Shown: positions 18,467 through 29,288, counted from the stretch's first letter. The stretch: DNA of 64,000 nucleotides from Minisyncoccota bacterium (GCA_041653755.1 JBAZEU010000003.1:18738-82737); one strand, 5' to 3'. Translations and numbers: made by a program. The notes: generated by a model from the letters alone, not told the origin.

Positions 18467-19151
18467 TATGAACAAGAAAATAATTGCAGGTATATTAATA
18501 TTAATTATCATCGGTATCTGTTTAGCAATATATTTCAGAATATCTCATTTGAAAAATGATCAGCCAGAAAATATTGTCGTATCGAACTCATCGCCAACTA
18601 GCACGCCAACCAGTACAGAAGCGACATCAACAGAAAATAATCAAAATAAAAAAATGAACTATCACATTATTACGCTAAAAACTAATCTCGGAGAAATTCA
18701 AATTCAAACTTTCGATTCTGACGCTCCAAAGACAGCAAATAATTTCGTAACCTTAGCCCAAAAAGGTTTCTATAATAATTTAATCTTTCACAGAGTAATC
18801 AAGAGCTTTATGATTCAGGGAGGAGATCCTTCTTGCGGTATTACGCAAGATTCCGGAATGTGCGGCGCTGGAGGTCCTGGCTATCAATTTGAAGACGAAC
18901 TAAACCCCGATACGGCCTCATACAAAGCAGGTTATGTAAAAGGAGTAGTAGCCATGGCCAATTCAGGACCTAACACAAACGGCAGCCAATTCTTCATAAT
19001 GCTCGAGAACAATGATCTGCCGCATAATTACACAATATTCGGAAAAGTCATAAAAGGCCAAGAAGTGGTTGACGCGATAGGGAATGTTAAAACTAACCAA
19101 AACGACAGGCCAATAACGCCGGTAATAATAAACAGCACCAGCGTTAACTAA
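18459..19151 (+). CDS. peptidyl-prolyl cis-trans isomerase, cyclophilin type, membrane-anchored
   Basis: FHRVIKSFMIQGGDP, ...MANSGPNTNGSQFFI cyclophilin motifs; N-terminal TM plus Ser/Thr-rich linker. Confidence 0.85.
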   Translation: MNNMNKKIIAGILILIIIGICLAIYFRISHLKNDQPENIVVSNSSPTSTPTSTEATSTENNQNKKMNYHIITLKTNLGEIQIQTFDSDAPKTANNFVTLAQKGFYNNLIFHRVIKSFMIQGGDPSCGITQDSGMCGAGGPGYQFEDELNPDTASYKAGYVKGVVAMANSGPNTNGSQFFIMLENNDLPHNYTIFGKVIKGQEVVDAIGNVKTNQNDRPITPVIINSTSVN

Positions 19152-19159
19152 CGCAATCA

Positions 19160-19939
19160 ATGCTTAATCTCATAAACACCATAATCCTCGGAATAGTTGA
19201 GGGTTTTACCGAATTTTTACCCATATCTTCAACAGCCCACCTCACCCTTGCGTCTAATCTTCTTCATATAATACAAAGCGACTATATGAAGAGTTTTGAA
19301 ATTATTATTCAGGCAGGGGCAATTTTAGCGGTTGTATGTTTGTATTGGAAAAAACTTTTTAACTGGGAAATTTTTAAAAGAATCATCATAGCTTTCATAC
19401 CAACGGGCATACTCGGATTAATTTTTTACAAAGTAATAAAACATTATCTTCTCGGCAACACCAATGTCATCCTTTGGGCTTTATTTTTAGGAGGTATTTT
19501 GATTATTCTGTTTGAAAAATTACGAAGAAGCGCTGTCAGCGATAAAGAGATAACCGATATATCTTATAAACAATGTCTTGGTTTAGGACTTTTCCAATCA
19601 ATCGCAATGGTTCCGGGCGTTTCCAGATCAGCTGCGACAATAATCGGCGGCATGCTAATGGGGCTTAAGAGGGAAGTCATCGTTGAATTTTCTTTCCTTC
19701 TGGCTGTACCGACAATGATTGCTGCCACCGGACTCGACCTTGTAAAAAATGTCGGAAATTTTTCTCTGTCTCAAATACACTTTCTGCTTATCGGTTTTAT
19801 CGTATCTTTCATCATGGCGGTTATAAGCATCAAGTTCTTGTTAAATTATATAAGAAAACACACTTTTACAGTTTTCGGTGCATACAGAATTATCATAGCT
19901 ATAGTGTTCTTTATCGTTCTTACGCTTCAAATTAAGTAG
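19160..19939 (+). CDS. uppP: undecaprenyl-diphosphatase
   Basis: GIVEGFTEFLPISSTAHL N-terminal motif and 8-TM BacA architecture. Confidence 0.85.
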   Translation: MLNLINTIILGIVEGFTEFLPISSTAHLTLASNLLHIIQSDYMKSFEIIIQAGAILAVVCLYWKKLFNWEIFKRIIIAFIPTGILGLIFYKVIKHYLLGNTNVILWALFLGGILIILFEKLRRSAVSDKEITDISYKQCLGLGLFQSIAMVPGVSRSAATIIGGMLMGLKREVIVEFSFLLAVPTMIAATGLDLVKNVGNFSLSQIHFLLIGFIVSFIMAVISIKFLLNYIRKHTFTVFGAYRIIIAIVFFIVLTLQIK

Positions 19940-19951
19940 AAAATAATTATT

Positions 19952-20950
19952 TTGGACTTTGAATTATTAGAAAAACTTCTCGAAGAAGAGCCAAAATACC
20001 GCTTAAATCAAGCAAAAAAAGCGGTTTTTTGCGATTTAATAGAAGATTGGCACGAAGTAAAAGCACTGCCAAAAAAGTTGATGGAAAAATTATCCGAAAA
20101 CTTTTCTCTTGAAATAAAAAGCGAAATATTCAAAGCCGCTAACGGAAAAACCGCTAAAGCTTTACTAACTCTAAGTGACGGGCTACAAACAGAAACTGTT
20201 TTAATGGAACATGAAAAAGACAGAAACACCGTCTGTGTTTCTTCTGCGGTTGGCTGTCCGATGGGCTGTAAATTCTGCGCCACAGGAAAAATGGGCTTTA
20301 AAAGAAATCTTACGAAAGGAGAAATTCTGACTCAACTTTTAGTTTTTGCCAGATATTTAAAATCACAAGGTAAAAAAATCTCCAATGTAGTGTTTATGGG
20401 AATGGGGGAGCCGTTTATTAATTACGATAATGTATTATCCGCTATTAAAATCATTAATGATAAAAATGGTTTTGGCATTGGCGCCCGTAAAATTTCAATA
20501 TCAACCTCTGGCGTAATTGAAGGAATAAACAAACTCGCGGAAGAAAAGTTACAAATTAATCTTGCGATATCGTTGCACGCTCCAAATAATCAATTGCGTT
20601 CAGAAATAATGCCCATTAATAATAGATATCCATTAGAAAAAGTATTGGAGGCAGTTGATAGCTACATAAACAAAACTTCCCGAAAAGTTATGTTCGAATA
20701 TCTGTTGTTAAAAGACGTAAATGATTCCGAGATATATGCCGAACAACTAGCAAATATTATGGACAGACCGCTTTATATGGTGAACTTGATAAAATATAAT
20801 CCGACTGGAACTTTCTATTCTTCTGACACAAAGACCATTCAAAAATTCAAAAATATTCTTGAAAGTAGGGGAGTAGAAGTTACTCAACGCTATAGCTTCG
20901 GCACAGATATTAACGCCGCCTGCGGCCAGTTAGCAACCGATAAAGCTTGA
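19952..20950 (+). CDS. rlmN: 23S rRNA/tRNA (adenine-C2)-methyltransferase, radical SAM
   Basis: CVSSAVGCPMGCKFCATG radical-SAM CxxxCxxC plus RlmN/Cfr family body. Confidence 0.85.
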   Translation: MDFELLEKLLEEEPKYRLNQAKKAVFCDLIEDWHEVKALPKKLMEKLSENFSLEIKSEIFKAANGKTAKALLTLSDGLQTETVLMEHEKDRNTVCVSSAVGCPMGCKFCATGKMGFKRNLTKGEILTQLLVFARYLKSQGKKISNVVFMGMGEPFINYDNVLSAIKIINDKNGFGIGARKISISTSGVIEGINKLAEEKLQINLAISLHAPNNQLRSEIMPINNRYPLEKVLEAVDSYINKTSRKVMFEYLLLKDVNDSEIYAEQLANIMDRPLYMVNLIKYNPTGTFYSSDTKTIQKFKNILESRGVEVTQRYSFGTDINAACGQLATDKA

Positions 20951-21057
20951 AATATCTCGTTAAATCGCTAAGATATGAGTATTGCCGGATCGCCTGCCTG
21001 CCGGAAGGCAGGTCTAATGGTTGCGTCAAATTTAAATAGAGGTTTTCTCTTTAGAAC

Positions 21058-21128
21058 TGCGGGATCATCTAGTGGTAGGATGCGACTCTCTGGAAGTCGT
21101 CACCTTGGTTCGAATCCAAGTCCCGCAG
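21058..21128 (+). tRNA. tRNA-Gln (anticodon CTG)
   Basis: acceptor TGCGGGA/TCCCGCA (U1-A72 as in bacterial tRNA-Gln), D-arm ATCT/GGAT, anticodon stem CGACT/AGTCG loop CTCTGGA, T-arm CTTGG-TTCGAAT-CCAAG; 71 nt. Confidence 0.8.
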
Positions 21129-21272
21129 TTCTGCAGAGAAATAAATTTAGTGGGGTGGGTCGGACACATAAATCGTAATCTTGGGGAGTTTATCCCGAGC
21201 AAAATCGAGGGAAATCCAGGTCCCGCAGCCAATTAGTGCACGGCTCTGAGTGACCAAAATGCTTTAAATATT

Positions 21273-22061
21273 ATGAATCAAAAACAGTTTGAAATTTGGG
21301 AAAAACAGAAATGGCGTGAATATAGAATAGATCTCGATAAATTACAAAATGATTTAGCGGGGCGTGGTTTAGCGTATTCGGGAATTCGTATAAAGGAAGA
21401 AGATGATTTAAAAGCAAAATATGAAAGCGAAATCGAAATTAAGCGTTTAGAAATTAAAGAAAAAAAACAAAAAAATAACGGAGGAATGATTGGCATTTTA
21501 AATAAAGGTAGAAACAATACCTTTATAGGTAATACTTTTCAAAATCTTGCTGTTGGAATACAAGACGAGGGTGAGGGTACGATGGCGCAGAGTAATGTCT
21601 TTTTATCTTCCAATGAGAACAACAACCTATACGCAGAAGTTTTAGAATGGGCATCTAGTAAATTTAAATTTAGTGAGCAAGAGTTGTTTAATGAATTTCC
21701 GCAACTAAGCGATTCGGTTTTGAAAAACTGGTATTCAAACATTTTTAGAGGAGCTACCAATAACGATGAATGTTTAATCGGTGCTTATAATGACAAGAAC
21801 GGCTCTTTTTATTATTCATTAACAGCAAAAGGAAAATCTGCTTATTCACTTTCAAAACAAAGTCCAAAATTAAATATAGAAAAAATAGAATTGGTTGGGA
21901 GAGATAAAATAGAACAACACGAAGAGAATAGTAAGGTTGAAATAAATAATAGACAAGGAAAAGAAAGTTTTTGGAGTAATTTTTTTTGGTATTTTATTAT
22001 TGCGCTATTGGTTGTAGTAATAGGCGGACTTATACTTCATTATGGTTTTGATATAAAATAA
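21273..22061 (+). CDS. hypothetical protein with C-terminal TM anchor
   Basis: 262-aa ORF, no recognisable motifs; C-terminal hydrophobic helix FWSNFFWYFIIALLVVVIGGLIL. Confidence 0.4.
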   Translation: MNQKQFEIWEKQKWREYRIDLDKLQNDLAGRGLAYSGIRIKEEDDLKAKYESEIEIKRLEIKEKKQKNNGGMIGILNKGRNNTFIGNTFQNLAVGIQDEGEGTMAQSNVFLSSNENNNLYAEVLEWASSKFKFSEQELFNEFPQLSDSVLKNWYSNIFRGATNNDECLIGAYNDKNGSFYYSLTAKGKSAYSLSKQSPKLNIEKIELVGRDKIEQHEENSKVEINNRQGKESFWSNFFWYFIIALLVVVIGGLILHYGFDIK

Positions 22062-22076
22062 TCCTGACAAAGAAAT

Positions 22077-22658
22077 ATGCCTAAAATAATCTTAGCTACA
22101 ACTTCTCCATATCGTAAAGAAGCCTTCGCTTTTTTAGGAATCCCCTTTGAGACAGAAGGAAGCGATGTGGACGAATCCCAAATAGAAAGAAACAACCCAG
22201 AAGAGTTGGTAAGGAAATTATCTCAGTCAAAGGCAGAGGCAGTCGCTAAAAGTCATAAAGACGCTATCGTAATCGGAATGGATTGTGTCAATTATTTTAA
22301 CGGCCAGATCCTAGGAAAACCGCAATCAAAAGAAGAAGCATCCCAAAGGTTAAAATCTTTTTCTGGAAAAAATAATCAATTTTATACAGGAATCTTCATG
22401 ATTAACACTACTTCTAATAAGAAGATTTCAAGTATCGTAAAAACCGAAATATTTATGCGAGAACTTTCTGAAACGGAGATCAATAAATATCTCAACGAAG
22501 ATCCAAATTTCAATACTTATTCTCCGGGATACGATCCGCTCGGGCATTCCAGTTCAGCATTCGTTAAACGAATAGAAGGAAGCTATAACAATTTCACTAG
22601 GGGCATTCCTTTAGAAGAAGTAGTTGAGATGCTACACGAAATAGGTTACAAAAAATAA
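22077..22658 (+). CDS. maf: Maf-like nucleoside triphosphate pyrophosphatase / septum formation protein
   Basis: IILATTSPYRKEAFAFLGIPFE...GSDVDE Maf N-terminal signature. Confidence 0.8.
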   Translation: MPKIILATTSPYRKEAFAFLGIPFETEGSDVDESQIERNNPEELVRKLSQSKAEAVAKSHKDAIVIGMDCVNYFNGQILGKPQSKEEASQRLKSFSGKNNQFYTGIFMINTTSNKKISSIVKTEIFMRELSETEINKYLNEDPNFNTYSPGYDPLGHSSSAFVKRIEGSYNNFTRGIPLEEVVEMLHEIGYKK

Positions 22659-22667
22659 CAGCATTAT

Positions 22668-22928
22668 ATGTATTACGTCTATCTAATCCAATGCGAAGAC
22701 AAAAGTTTATATACCGGGATCACTAATGATTTAGATAGAAGATTTAAAGAGCACAAGGATAAAATCGGTGGGCATTACACAAGTTCTCATAAAGTAGAAA
22801 AAATTGTCCATATAGAAACATTCAAGACAAAAAGCGAAGCGTTAAAGAGAGAAATTGAGATTAAAAATTGGAAACGCAATAAAAAACTGGCTTTGATTAA
22901 CTCTAATAAAAAGCCTAAAAATCGCTAA
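22668..22928 (+). CDS. GIY-YIG nuclease-domain small protein (UPF0213/YhbQ-like)
   Basis: YYVYLIQCEDKSLYTGITNDLDRRFKEH = GIY-YIG core with catalytic Arg and Glu (EIEIKNW). Confidence 0.75.
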   Translation: MYYVYLIQCEDKSLYTGITNDLDRRFKEHKDKIGGHYTSSHKVEKIVHIETFKTKSEALKREIEIKNWKRNKKLALINSNKKPKNR

Positions 22929-22978
22929 AATAGCGATTTTTTGCTTGCCCTGAGCTCGTCGAAGGGTTAAGATAAGGC

Positions 22979-23977
22979 ATGCTTGTTGATGACATTACAA
23001 TAAAAGTTTCTGCTGGAAATGGCGGAAAAGGAGCTGTAGCTTTTAATAAAAATCTAAAAAGCTTAGGGCCTGTGGGCGGAAGCGGTGGTCATGGCGGAAG
23101 CGTTTACGCCGAGGGTTCTTCCAATTTGAATGCTTTGGGCCAATTTCGGTTTAAAAAGGTGCTTGTGGCAGAAAACGGGATGGACGGCAGAGGACAATTC
23201 ATGGACGGTCACGACGGTAAGGACTTAATTCTAAAAGTTCCCGTAGGCACTATCATCCATAATCTCAGCTTAAAAAACGAAGCAGAAATCACGAAAATCG
23301 GCGAGCGTGTCCTTTTGGCCAAAGGAGGCAAAGGAGGCAAAGGAAACTTTCATTTCCGATCTTCAAAAAATACTTCACCTAAGCAATCTCAACCGGGACT
23401 GCCGGGAGAAAATTTTGATCTTCGGTTAGAATTAAAATTTATTGCCGATATTGGTTTTATAGGACTTCCGAATGTAGGAAAATCCAGCTTATTAAACGAA
23501 CTCACAAATTCCAAAAGCAAAGTCGCGAATTACCAATTTACCACTCTTGAGCCGAATTTAGGAATCTACTACGAATTAATTCTTGCTGATATTCCTGGGC
23601 TAATCGAAAATTCATCGCAAGGGAAAGGGTTGGGAATAAAATTCTTGCGTCACATCGAGCGAACCCGTATTCTTTTCCATTTTATTTCAGCTGAATCAAT
23701 CGATCCCAAAAATGATTACGAAATAATCCGTAAAGAGTTAGGCGCTTACAACAAAACTCTTCTTCAAAAACCAGAATATCTATTTCTTACTAAAAGCGAC
23801 CTATTAACGCCAGAAGAGCTCAAGAAAAAATTATCAATATTATCCGCCCTAGGCGGATCCGCCTCGGGCGGAAAAAAGATAAACTCGAACGCAATCGTAA
23901 TTTCAATTCTCGACCCGGACAGTTTAAAGAACGTAAAAGATATTCTTAACAAGATTAAACTGGAAAAATCGAAATAG
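22979..23977 (+). CDS. obg: GTPase Obg/CgtA
   Basis: N-terminal Obg fold (glycine-rich GGKGG repeats), G1 GLPNVGKSSLL, G3 DIPGLIE. Confidence 0.9.
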   Translation: MLVDDITIKVSAGNGGKGAVAFNKNLKSLGPVGGSGGHGGSVYAEGSSNLNALGQFRFKKVLVAENGMDGRGQFMDGHDGKDLILKVPVGTIIHNLSLKNEAEITKIGERVLLAKGGKGGKGNFHFRSSKNTSPKQSQPGLPGENFDLRLELKFIADIGFIGLPNVGKSSLLNELTNSKSKVANYQFTTLEPNLGIYYELILADIPGLIENSSQGKGLGIKFLRHIERTRILFHFISAESIDPKNDYEIIRKELGAYNKTLLQKPEYLFLTKSDLLTPEELKKKLSILSALGGSASGGKKINSNAIVISILDPDSLKNVKDILNKIKLEKSK

Positions 23978-24063
23978 CTTGACATATCGCATGAATTAGT
24001 AATATAATGGTCTTGTATTAACTAGGGGACTTAGTCGGGTTTCTAAAAAATAACAATAAAACA

Positions 24064-24261
24064 ATGGAAGGAACAATTAAAACTCTTACAGAAAAAGGTT
24101 TTGGATTTATCACTATTGATGGTGAAGACAAGGATCTATTCTTTCACGGCAATGACCTTAAGGAAGTAGCCTATGCAGATTTGAAAGTAGGCGACAAGGT
24201 ATCTTTCGAGAAAGCTGATTCCGAGAAAGGACCAAAGGCAGTGAACGTAACCAGAAACTAA
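24064..24261 (+). CDS. cold-shock protein (CspA family)
   Basis: GTIKTLTEKGFGFITIDG...DLFFHGNDL RNP1/RNP2 cold-shock domain motifs. Confidence 0.9.
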   Translation: MEGTIKTLTEKGFGFITIDGEDKDLFFHGNDLKEVAYADLKVGDKVSFEKADSEKGPKAVNVTRN

Positions 24262-24277
24262 AGTAAGATTCAGTTAA

Positions 24278-24312
24278 AAAAACCACCTCGCTTAACGGGG
24301 TGGTTTTTAGTT
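24278..24312 (+). terminator. rho-independent terminator after csp
   Basis: aaaccacctcg-cttaa-cggggtggttt followed by TTAGTTTT. Confidence 0.6.
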
Positions 24313-24341
24313 TTGGGAATTTCGAGTAGAATAAAAACATA

Positions 24342-24863
24342 ATGAAAGGCATAACACTTATCGGTATGCCCGGGGCGGGCAAATCAACAATCGGAAAACT
24401 ATTGGCAAAACATTTAAGATTTAAGTTCCTTGACCTTGATATTTTAATCAACCAAAAAGAGGGGATTGATATTGACGAAATCCTGCAAAACAAAGGAGAT
24501 GAAGAAATTTTACGCTTAGAAACAGATTATACTCTTCAACAAAATCTTTCAGACACGGTATTTTCTCCGGGCGGCTCTATAATTTATTCGCCTCAAGCTA
24601 TGGAAAAAATAAAGCAAGAAACAACCGTTATTTATTTAGAAACGCCCCTCAAAGAAATTAGGAAACGTCTGAATGGAAAAATAAAAAGGCAAAACACGAT
24701 AGTTGGCCTCAGAGAAAAAGGAATTGATAAATTGTACGAAGAAAGAATTCCTTTATATAAATCTTATGCCGATAGTACCGTCAATTGTTGCCAGTCAAAT
24801 CGGTGTTTAAATTCAAAAATAATCGTAGCAAATATTCTTCAAACAATAGGTCAAAAAAGATAA
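24342..24863 (+). CDS. shikimate kinase-like P-loop kinase
   Basis: LIGMPGAGKSTIGKLLAKHLRFKFLDLDILI...GE.EILRLE pattern matches shikimate kinase (AroK) family; pathway context absent so function uncertain. Confidence 0.5.
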   Translation: MKGITLIGMPGAGKSTIGKLLAKHLRFKFLDLDILINQKEGIDIDEILQNKGDEEILRLETDYTLQQNLSDTVFSPGGSIIYSPQAMEKIKQETTVIYLETPLKEIRKRLNGKIKRQNTIVGLREKGIDKLYEERIPLYKSYADSTVNCCQSNRCLNSKIIVANILQTIGQKR

Positions 24864-24866
24864 TTT

Positions 24867-25712
24867 CTACAGAACAATCGAATTTTCTACCGGTTTTTTG
24901 CCTTCGGTTTGAGTTTTCGTAATTATAACTTTGTCGTCAGAAATCTTTGCCTCCAATAGTTTAACTCTTTTACCATCGATAAAAGTAAAAACACCGGGTT
25001 CGGGATTCAACGCCCGAATTTTTCTTTCGATCAATAGGGGATCGTCTTTTAGGTCAACTCGTCCATTTTCAGTAATAAATTTCTTGGTATAAGTAGCTTT
25101 ATCTTCGTCTTGAACAACTGGTTTTATTGCGTTATTTAAAAACTTCGGCAAGGTTTCAATTAATAAATCCGCTCCTAAATCAGCTAATTTTTGTTGTAAA
25201 ATTCTGCATTCTGCCTGCCTGCCGGTAGGCAAGGCATTCTTAATTTTTAATTCCCGTTTTGCCAAAACGGGCCCGTGATCCATTTTTTCATCAACCGAAT
25301 ACAAACTAACGCCAGTTTCTTCATCGCCGTTTAAAATAGCGGTTTGAATAGGGGAGGAACCGCGATATTTCGGCAAGAGCGATGGATGAACACCAATCGT
25401 CCCAAGCCGAGGAATTTCTAAAATTTCTTTTGGGATAATCTGCGAATACGCCGCTACAATAAATAAATCAGGCTGCAATCTTGAAACTTGAATCTTGAAA
25501 CTTGGATCAAAAGTTTCTGGTTGCAAAATTTGTATGTTCCATGATTTATGTTTCATGATCAATGATTTTGTTGGCGGGGGAGTGATAATCTTTTTTCTCC
25601 CAACCGGTCTGTCAGGATTACAAACAACCGTCTCCGGCATAAAACCAGCCTTAATCAATTTTTCTAGAATTATCGCCGCAAAATCCGGCGTCCCCCAAAA
25701 TAAGTACTTCAT
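24867..25712 (-). CDS. fmt: methionyl-tRNA formyltransferase
   Basis: MKYLFWGTPDFAA...NPDRPVGRKK..., HPSLLPKYRGSSPIQ formyltransferase motifs; downstream of def on same strand; contains an in-frame copy of the GC-rich palindrome (LPTGRQ). Confidence 0.85.
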   Translation of the reverse strand: MKYLFWGTPDFAAIILEKLIKAGFMPETVVCNPDRPVGRKKIITPPPTKSLIMKHKSWNIQILQPETFDPSFKIQVSRLQPDLFIVAAYSQIIPKEILEIPRLGTIGVHPSLLPKYRGSSPIQTAILNGDEETGVSLYSVDEKMDHGPVLAKRELKIKNALPTGRQAECRILQQKLADLGADLLIETLPKFLNNAIKPVVQDEDKATYTKKFITENGRVDLKDDPLLIERKIRALNPEPGVFTFIDGKRVKLLEAKISDDKVIITKTQTEGKKPVENSIVL

Positions 25713-25716
25713 ATCG

Positions 25717-26223
25717 TTATATTTTTGTTGTTTGCTCTGGCGTATCCTTAAAAACTTCTTTCGCTTTATCTATGAAAATAATACCGTTCAAATGATCTGT
25801 CTCATGCTGAAAAACCCGCGCTAATATTCCCCAGGCCTTAATTTTTATTCTCTTCCCGTTTTTATCCAACCCAATAAGCGTGATTTTTTCTGGCCTTTCT
25901 ACGATTCCTAACAGCCCCGGCACACTTAAACAACCTTCCATCAAAGAAGTTCTTTCTTTCGACGGCTTGGTAATTTCCGGGTTGAAAATAGCATAAGACT
26001 TTATTTGGCCGTCACTTGACGGCACCCGACCAACAAAAACTCTACAACTTAAACCAAGCTGATTTGCGCTAAGCCCGATACCTTCGGCTTCTTTCATTTT
26101 TTCTTTCATCGTCTTCAATAAATCGTTTACTTCTTTCTTGGAATGTTTTTTGAAGTCAAAAACCGACACTCGCTGCCTTAAAAATCTTTCTTCTCTTTTA
26201 TTATTGATTATATAGATATTCAT
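25717..26223 (-). CDS. def: peptide deformylase
   Basis: motif I GIGLSANQLG, motif II EGCLSVPG, motif III QHETDHLNG. Confidence 0.9.
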   Translation of the reverse strand: MNIYIINNKREERFLRQRVSVFDFKKHSKKEVNDLLKTMKEKMKEAEGIGLSANQLGLSCRVFVGRVPSSDGQIKSYAIFNPEITKPSKERTSLMEGCLSVPGLLGIVERPEKITLIGLDKNGKRIKIKAWGILARVFQHETDHLNGIIFIDKAKEVFKDTPEQTTKI

Positions 26224-26489
26224 TTCTTTTTGGATTTTTCTGTTCTCATAAGTATCGCCGTAAAATACGCTCCTTTGTTTTCGATGTTTTTTCTTTCGGA
26301 AATATCTTTCGCCAAAGAAATCAACTTACCGTCATTATGCTGTTGGGCTAATTTAATATAAAACGATTTATGTTTTTCATCATTTAAAAGCCGAGCAATC
26401 GCCAAACCAGTTAATTGAAATTTCTTATACACATGGCTTGTTTTTGATCGTTCTTTTAAAAGTTTTAGATATTCTTTGTTATTTAACAT
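26220..26489 (-). CDS. hypothetical small basic protein
   Basis: 89-aa ORF translationally coupled between NUDIX gene and def; no recognisable motif. Confidence 0.35.
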   Translation of the reverse strand: MLNNKEYLKLLKERSKTSHVYKKFQLTGLAIARLLNDEKHKSFYIKLAQQHNDGKLISLAKDISERKNIENKGAYFTAILMRTEKSKKK

Positions 26490-26925
26490 TTTCTAAAAAA
26501 GAGTTAGCGAATTTCATAAGCTTCTTGCTATTGTCATAAGTTAATAATTTTATCGCTTTCTTAAAGTCAACCCATTGATATTTATCATGCTCATCGTTCA
26601 ACTTAACTTTTCCGGAAATTTCGCAAACGTAACAAGCTGATATCTGGCCTTTTTTCTGGAAAACCGCCCTATGTTTTTCTGGATAATCAAATTTATCCTC
26701 AAACGGCAATTTTTTTATGTTTTTCGGCTTGCAACCAAGCTCTTCTCTGATCTCTCTTTTTAAAGCGCCGATATAGCTTTCGTTTGAAAACATTCCACCC
26801 TTTAACAATTCAAAGCCCTTCCATCGTTTTATACGATGCAAAACGAGAAATAAACGCCCTTTTTTGCTGTTTTTATAAATAACTGCTTTTATCCCTCTTC
26901 TGTATTTTTTGTATGTTTTCAGCAT
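26479..26925 (-). CDS. NUDIX hydrolase
   Basis: Nudix box GGMFSNESYIGALKREIREELG (Gx5Ex7REUxEExGU). Confidence 0.8.
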   Translation of the reverse strand: MLKTYKKYRRGIKAVIYKNSKKGRLFLVLHRIKRWKGFELLKGGMFSNESYIGALKREIREELGCKPKNIKKLPFEDKFDYPEKHRAVFQKKGQISACYVCEISGKVKLNDEHDKYQWVDFKKAIKLLTYDNSKKLMKFANSFLENVK

Positions 26926-26945
26926 TTTGATACACTAAATATACC

Positions 26946-27524
26946 ATGAAACGCCTTTTTATCGCCATTAATCCGCCGAAAGAAATAAAATACCAAATTG
27001 ATGCCATTTGCGAAGATTTAAAGCCAAAATTTCCTGAAGCAAGGTTTATTCCAGCGGAGAATCTCCACATAACTCTAACTTTTTTAGGCGACCAGTCGGA
27101 CGAATCAATCGGCCCAATTTTAGAATCTATAAAGAAAACTATTTTTGCCGTAGAACCATTGCAAATTGAGCTTGAAAATAGTATTTTTGCTTCGCCAAAG
27201 AAACCAGCAAATAAAATTTGGTTAATGGCCACCGAACAAACATCTAAAAAATTAAAAGAATTAAAAGATAAATTAGATAATGAACTCATAAAGAATTCTA
27301 TTCGATTCAATGCAGAGAATTGGGGGTTCAATGCGCATATCACTCTGGCGCGTTCTCACCAAAACACGGATATAAAAGGACTATCCGCTGAATCAAACAA
27401 AGCAATATCTGAAGAAAGAATTAATTTCGAAGCCACATCAATAGATCTAATAGAATCTATGCTTTATGAATCCGGCGCCGAATACGAAATTTTAGAAAAA
27501 GTGGACTTCAAAAGGCCTAAATGA
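26946..27524 (+). CDS. RNA 2',3'-cyclic phosphodiesterase / 2'-5' RNA ligase (LigT/ThpR, 2H family)
   Basis: two H-x-T-x motifs: HITLTFLG and HITLARS. Confidence 0.8.
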   Translation: MKRLFIAINPPKEIKYQIDAICEDLKPKFPEARFIPAENLHITLTFLGDQSDESIGPILESIKKTIFAVEPLQIELENSIFASPKKPANKIWLMATEQTSKKLKELKDKLDNELIKNSIRFNAENWGFNAHITLARSHQNTDIKGLSAESNKAISEERINFEATSIDLIESMLYESGAEYEILEKVDFKRPK

Positions 27525-27538
27525 TAAAATAAGCTCAA

Positions 27539-28801
27539 ATGCGTAAATTCATACAGAAAAATCTTCAGAGCATACTCACTATTATTTTTATCATTGTCAT
27601 TAGCGGCGCTAGTTTTTATTTTGGCTATAGAAAAGGTGTTCAGGTTCCTGCAACAACTACTATTCAGGGTGTTACTAATATCGACAAAGGCAAACCCCAA
27701 GGTGTTGATTTTTCTATTTTCTGGGAAACTTGGCAAAAATTAAAAGATAAATACGTTGATCAAAACATCGATGATCAAAAATTGGTTTATGGAGCAGTAA
27801 CCGGCTTAGTAAACAGTTTAGGTGATCCGCATACTAATTTTTTCCCGCCCACTGATGCCCAAAAATTCCAAGAAGACGTCAACGGCAGTTTTGGCGGCAT
27901 TGGCGCAGAAATTGATGTCCGCAACAACCAGCTTCAAATTGTTGCGCCGATGAAAGGTACGCCTGCCGAAAAAGCAGGACTTCGTTCTGGAGATAAAATC
28001 CTGAAAGTTGACGATCTTATCACTGACGGACTGACTACCGACGAAGCCGTTAAACATATCCGAGGCGAAGCAGGAACAAAAGTAACCTTAACGATAATGC
28101 GTGATGGCTGGTCAACATCAAAAGAAATCACTATAACCAGAGAAATTATAGAAGTACCGACTCTTGACTGGAAAATATTAGACAACAATATCGCTTACAT
28201 TCATCTTTACAATTTTTACCAAAATTCTCCTTCTAACTTCTATCAGGCAGCCGTTGAAATATACGCTAAAAATCCTAAGGCCATAATTTTTGACTTAAGA
28301 GACAATCCTGGCGGTTATCTAGAGGCAGCAACCAATATCAGCGGCTGGTTTCTGAACACTGGCGATTTAATTGTTTCAGAACAATTTCGTTCGGGTGAAA
28401 AGCAAGAATTCAAATCATCGGGCAATGGCGCGTTCAAAGACACGCCAATAGTGCTTTTAGTAAACGAGGGTTCGGCTTCAGCTTCAGAAATCTTAGCCGG
28501 CGCCTTAAGGGACGATAGAAAGATAGAGTTAGTCGGTACGAAAACCTTTGGTAAAGGAACCGTCCAAGAAGTAGTGGCTTTAACAGACGGATCTTCGTTA
28601 AAAGTAACCATTGCGCATTGGCTTTTGCCCAGCGGCCATGTAATCGAAAAAAATGGACTAACACCTGATTATGAGGTTAACTTAACCGAAGACGACATTA
28701 AAAATGGCAAAGATCCTCAACTCGATAAAGCAATCGAGGTAGCAAACAGCAAAATTCAAAACGGGTCATTTAAAACTCTTTTCGATTCAATAAAACTCTA
28801 A
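27539..28801 (+). CDS. carboxyl-terminal processing protease (S41, Ctp/Prc family) with PDZ domain
   Basis: N-terminal TM, PDZ ([20 protein letters not shown]), S41 catalytic region [18 protein letters not shown]...TFGKGT. Confidence 0.85.
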   Translation: MRKFIQKNLQSILTIIFIIVISGASFYFGYRKGVQVPATTTIQGVTNIDKGKPQGVDFSIFWETWQKLKDKYVDQNIDDQKLVYGAVTGLVNSLGDPHTNFFPPTDAQKFQEDVNGSFGGIGAEIDVRNNQLQIVAPMKGTPAEKAGLRSGDKILKVDDLITDGLTTDEAVKHIRGEAGTKVTLTIMRDGWSTSKEITITREIIEVPTLDWKILDNNIAYIHLYNFYQNSPSNFYQAAVEIYAKNPKAIIFDLRDNPGGYLEAATNISGWFLNTGDLIVSEQFRSGEKQEFKSSGNGAFKDTPIVLLVNEGSASASEILAGALRDDRKIELVGTKTFGKGTVQEVVALTDGSSLKVTIAHWLLPSGHVIEKNGLTPDYEVNLTEDDIKNGKDPQLDKAIEVANSKIQNGSFKTLFDSIKL

Positions 28802-28829
28802 AAAATATAGAATTTGCCAATTATATATT

Positions 28830-29288
28830 ATGAAAGTAATTTTACTCCAAGACATTAAAGGATTAGGGAAGAAGCTAGACATTAAAAATGTAAGCGACGG
28901 CTATGCTCGTAATTTTTTAATTCCAAAAGGGTTAGTAGGACTCGCGACTCCTCAAAACATAAAAGCGATAGAAGCCAAAAGATTGGTTCTGGTTGAGAAA
29001 GAAAAAGAATTAAAATCTCAAGCAGAACAGCTTAAAAAACAAATTGAAAAGATAGAATTGATTTTTAAGGTTGCAGTAGGGGAGAAGCAAGAAATGTTTG
29101 CTTCTGTTGACGCTAAAGATATCAAAGAAAAAATAATGGAAGAGATTGGCTCCATAGAAGTTCTAAAAAATTCTGAAATTATTTTGGAAAAACCAATAAA
29201 AAAACTTGGCGAGCACCAAGTTGAAATAAATTTGAAGCAAGGCGTAAAAGCTAAAATAAAAGTGCTTATTCAGCCAGCTGAACTGTAA
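28830..29288 (+). CDS. rplI: 50S ribosomal protein L9
   Basis: [36 protein letters not shown] canonical L9 N-domain. Confidence 0.9.
   Translation: MKVILLQDIKGLGKKLDIKNVSDGYARNFLIPKGLVGLATPQNIKAIEAKRLVLVEKEKELKSQAEQLKKQIEKIELIFKVAVGEKQEMFASVDAKDIKEKIMEEIGSIEVLKNSEIILEKPIKKLGEHQVEINLKQGVKAKIKVLIQPAEL

Noticed and set aside
20975-21178. 67-aa ORF MSIAGSPACRKAGLMVAS...
   Set aside because: Fully overlaps tRNA-Gln(CTG) and the GC-rich palindrome; Gly/Ser/Arg-rich composition driven by RNA sequence; no SD.
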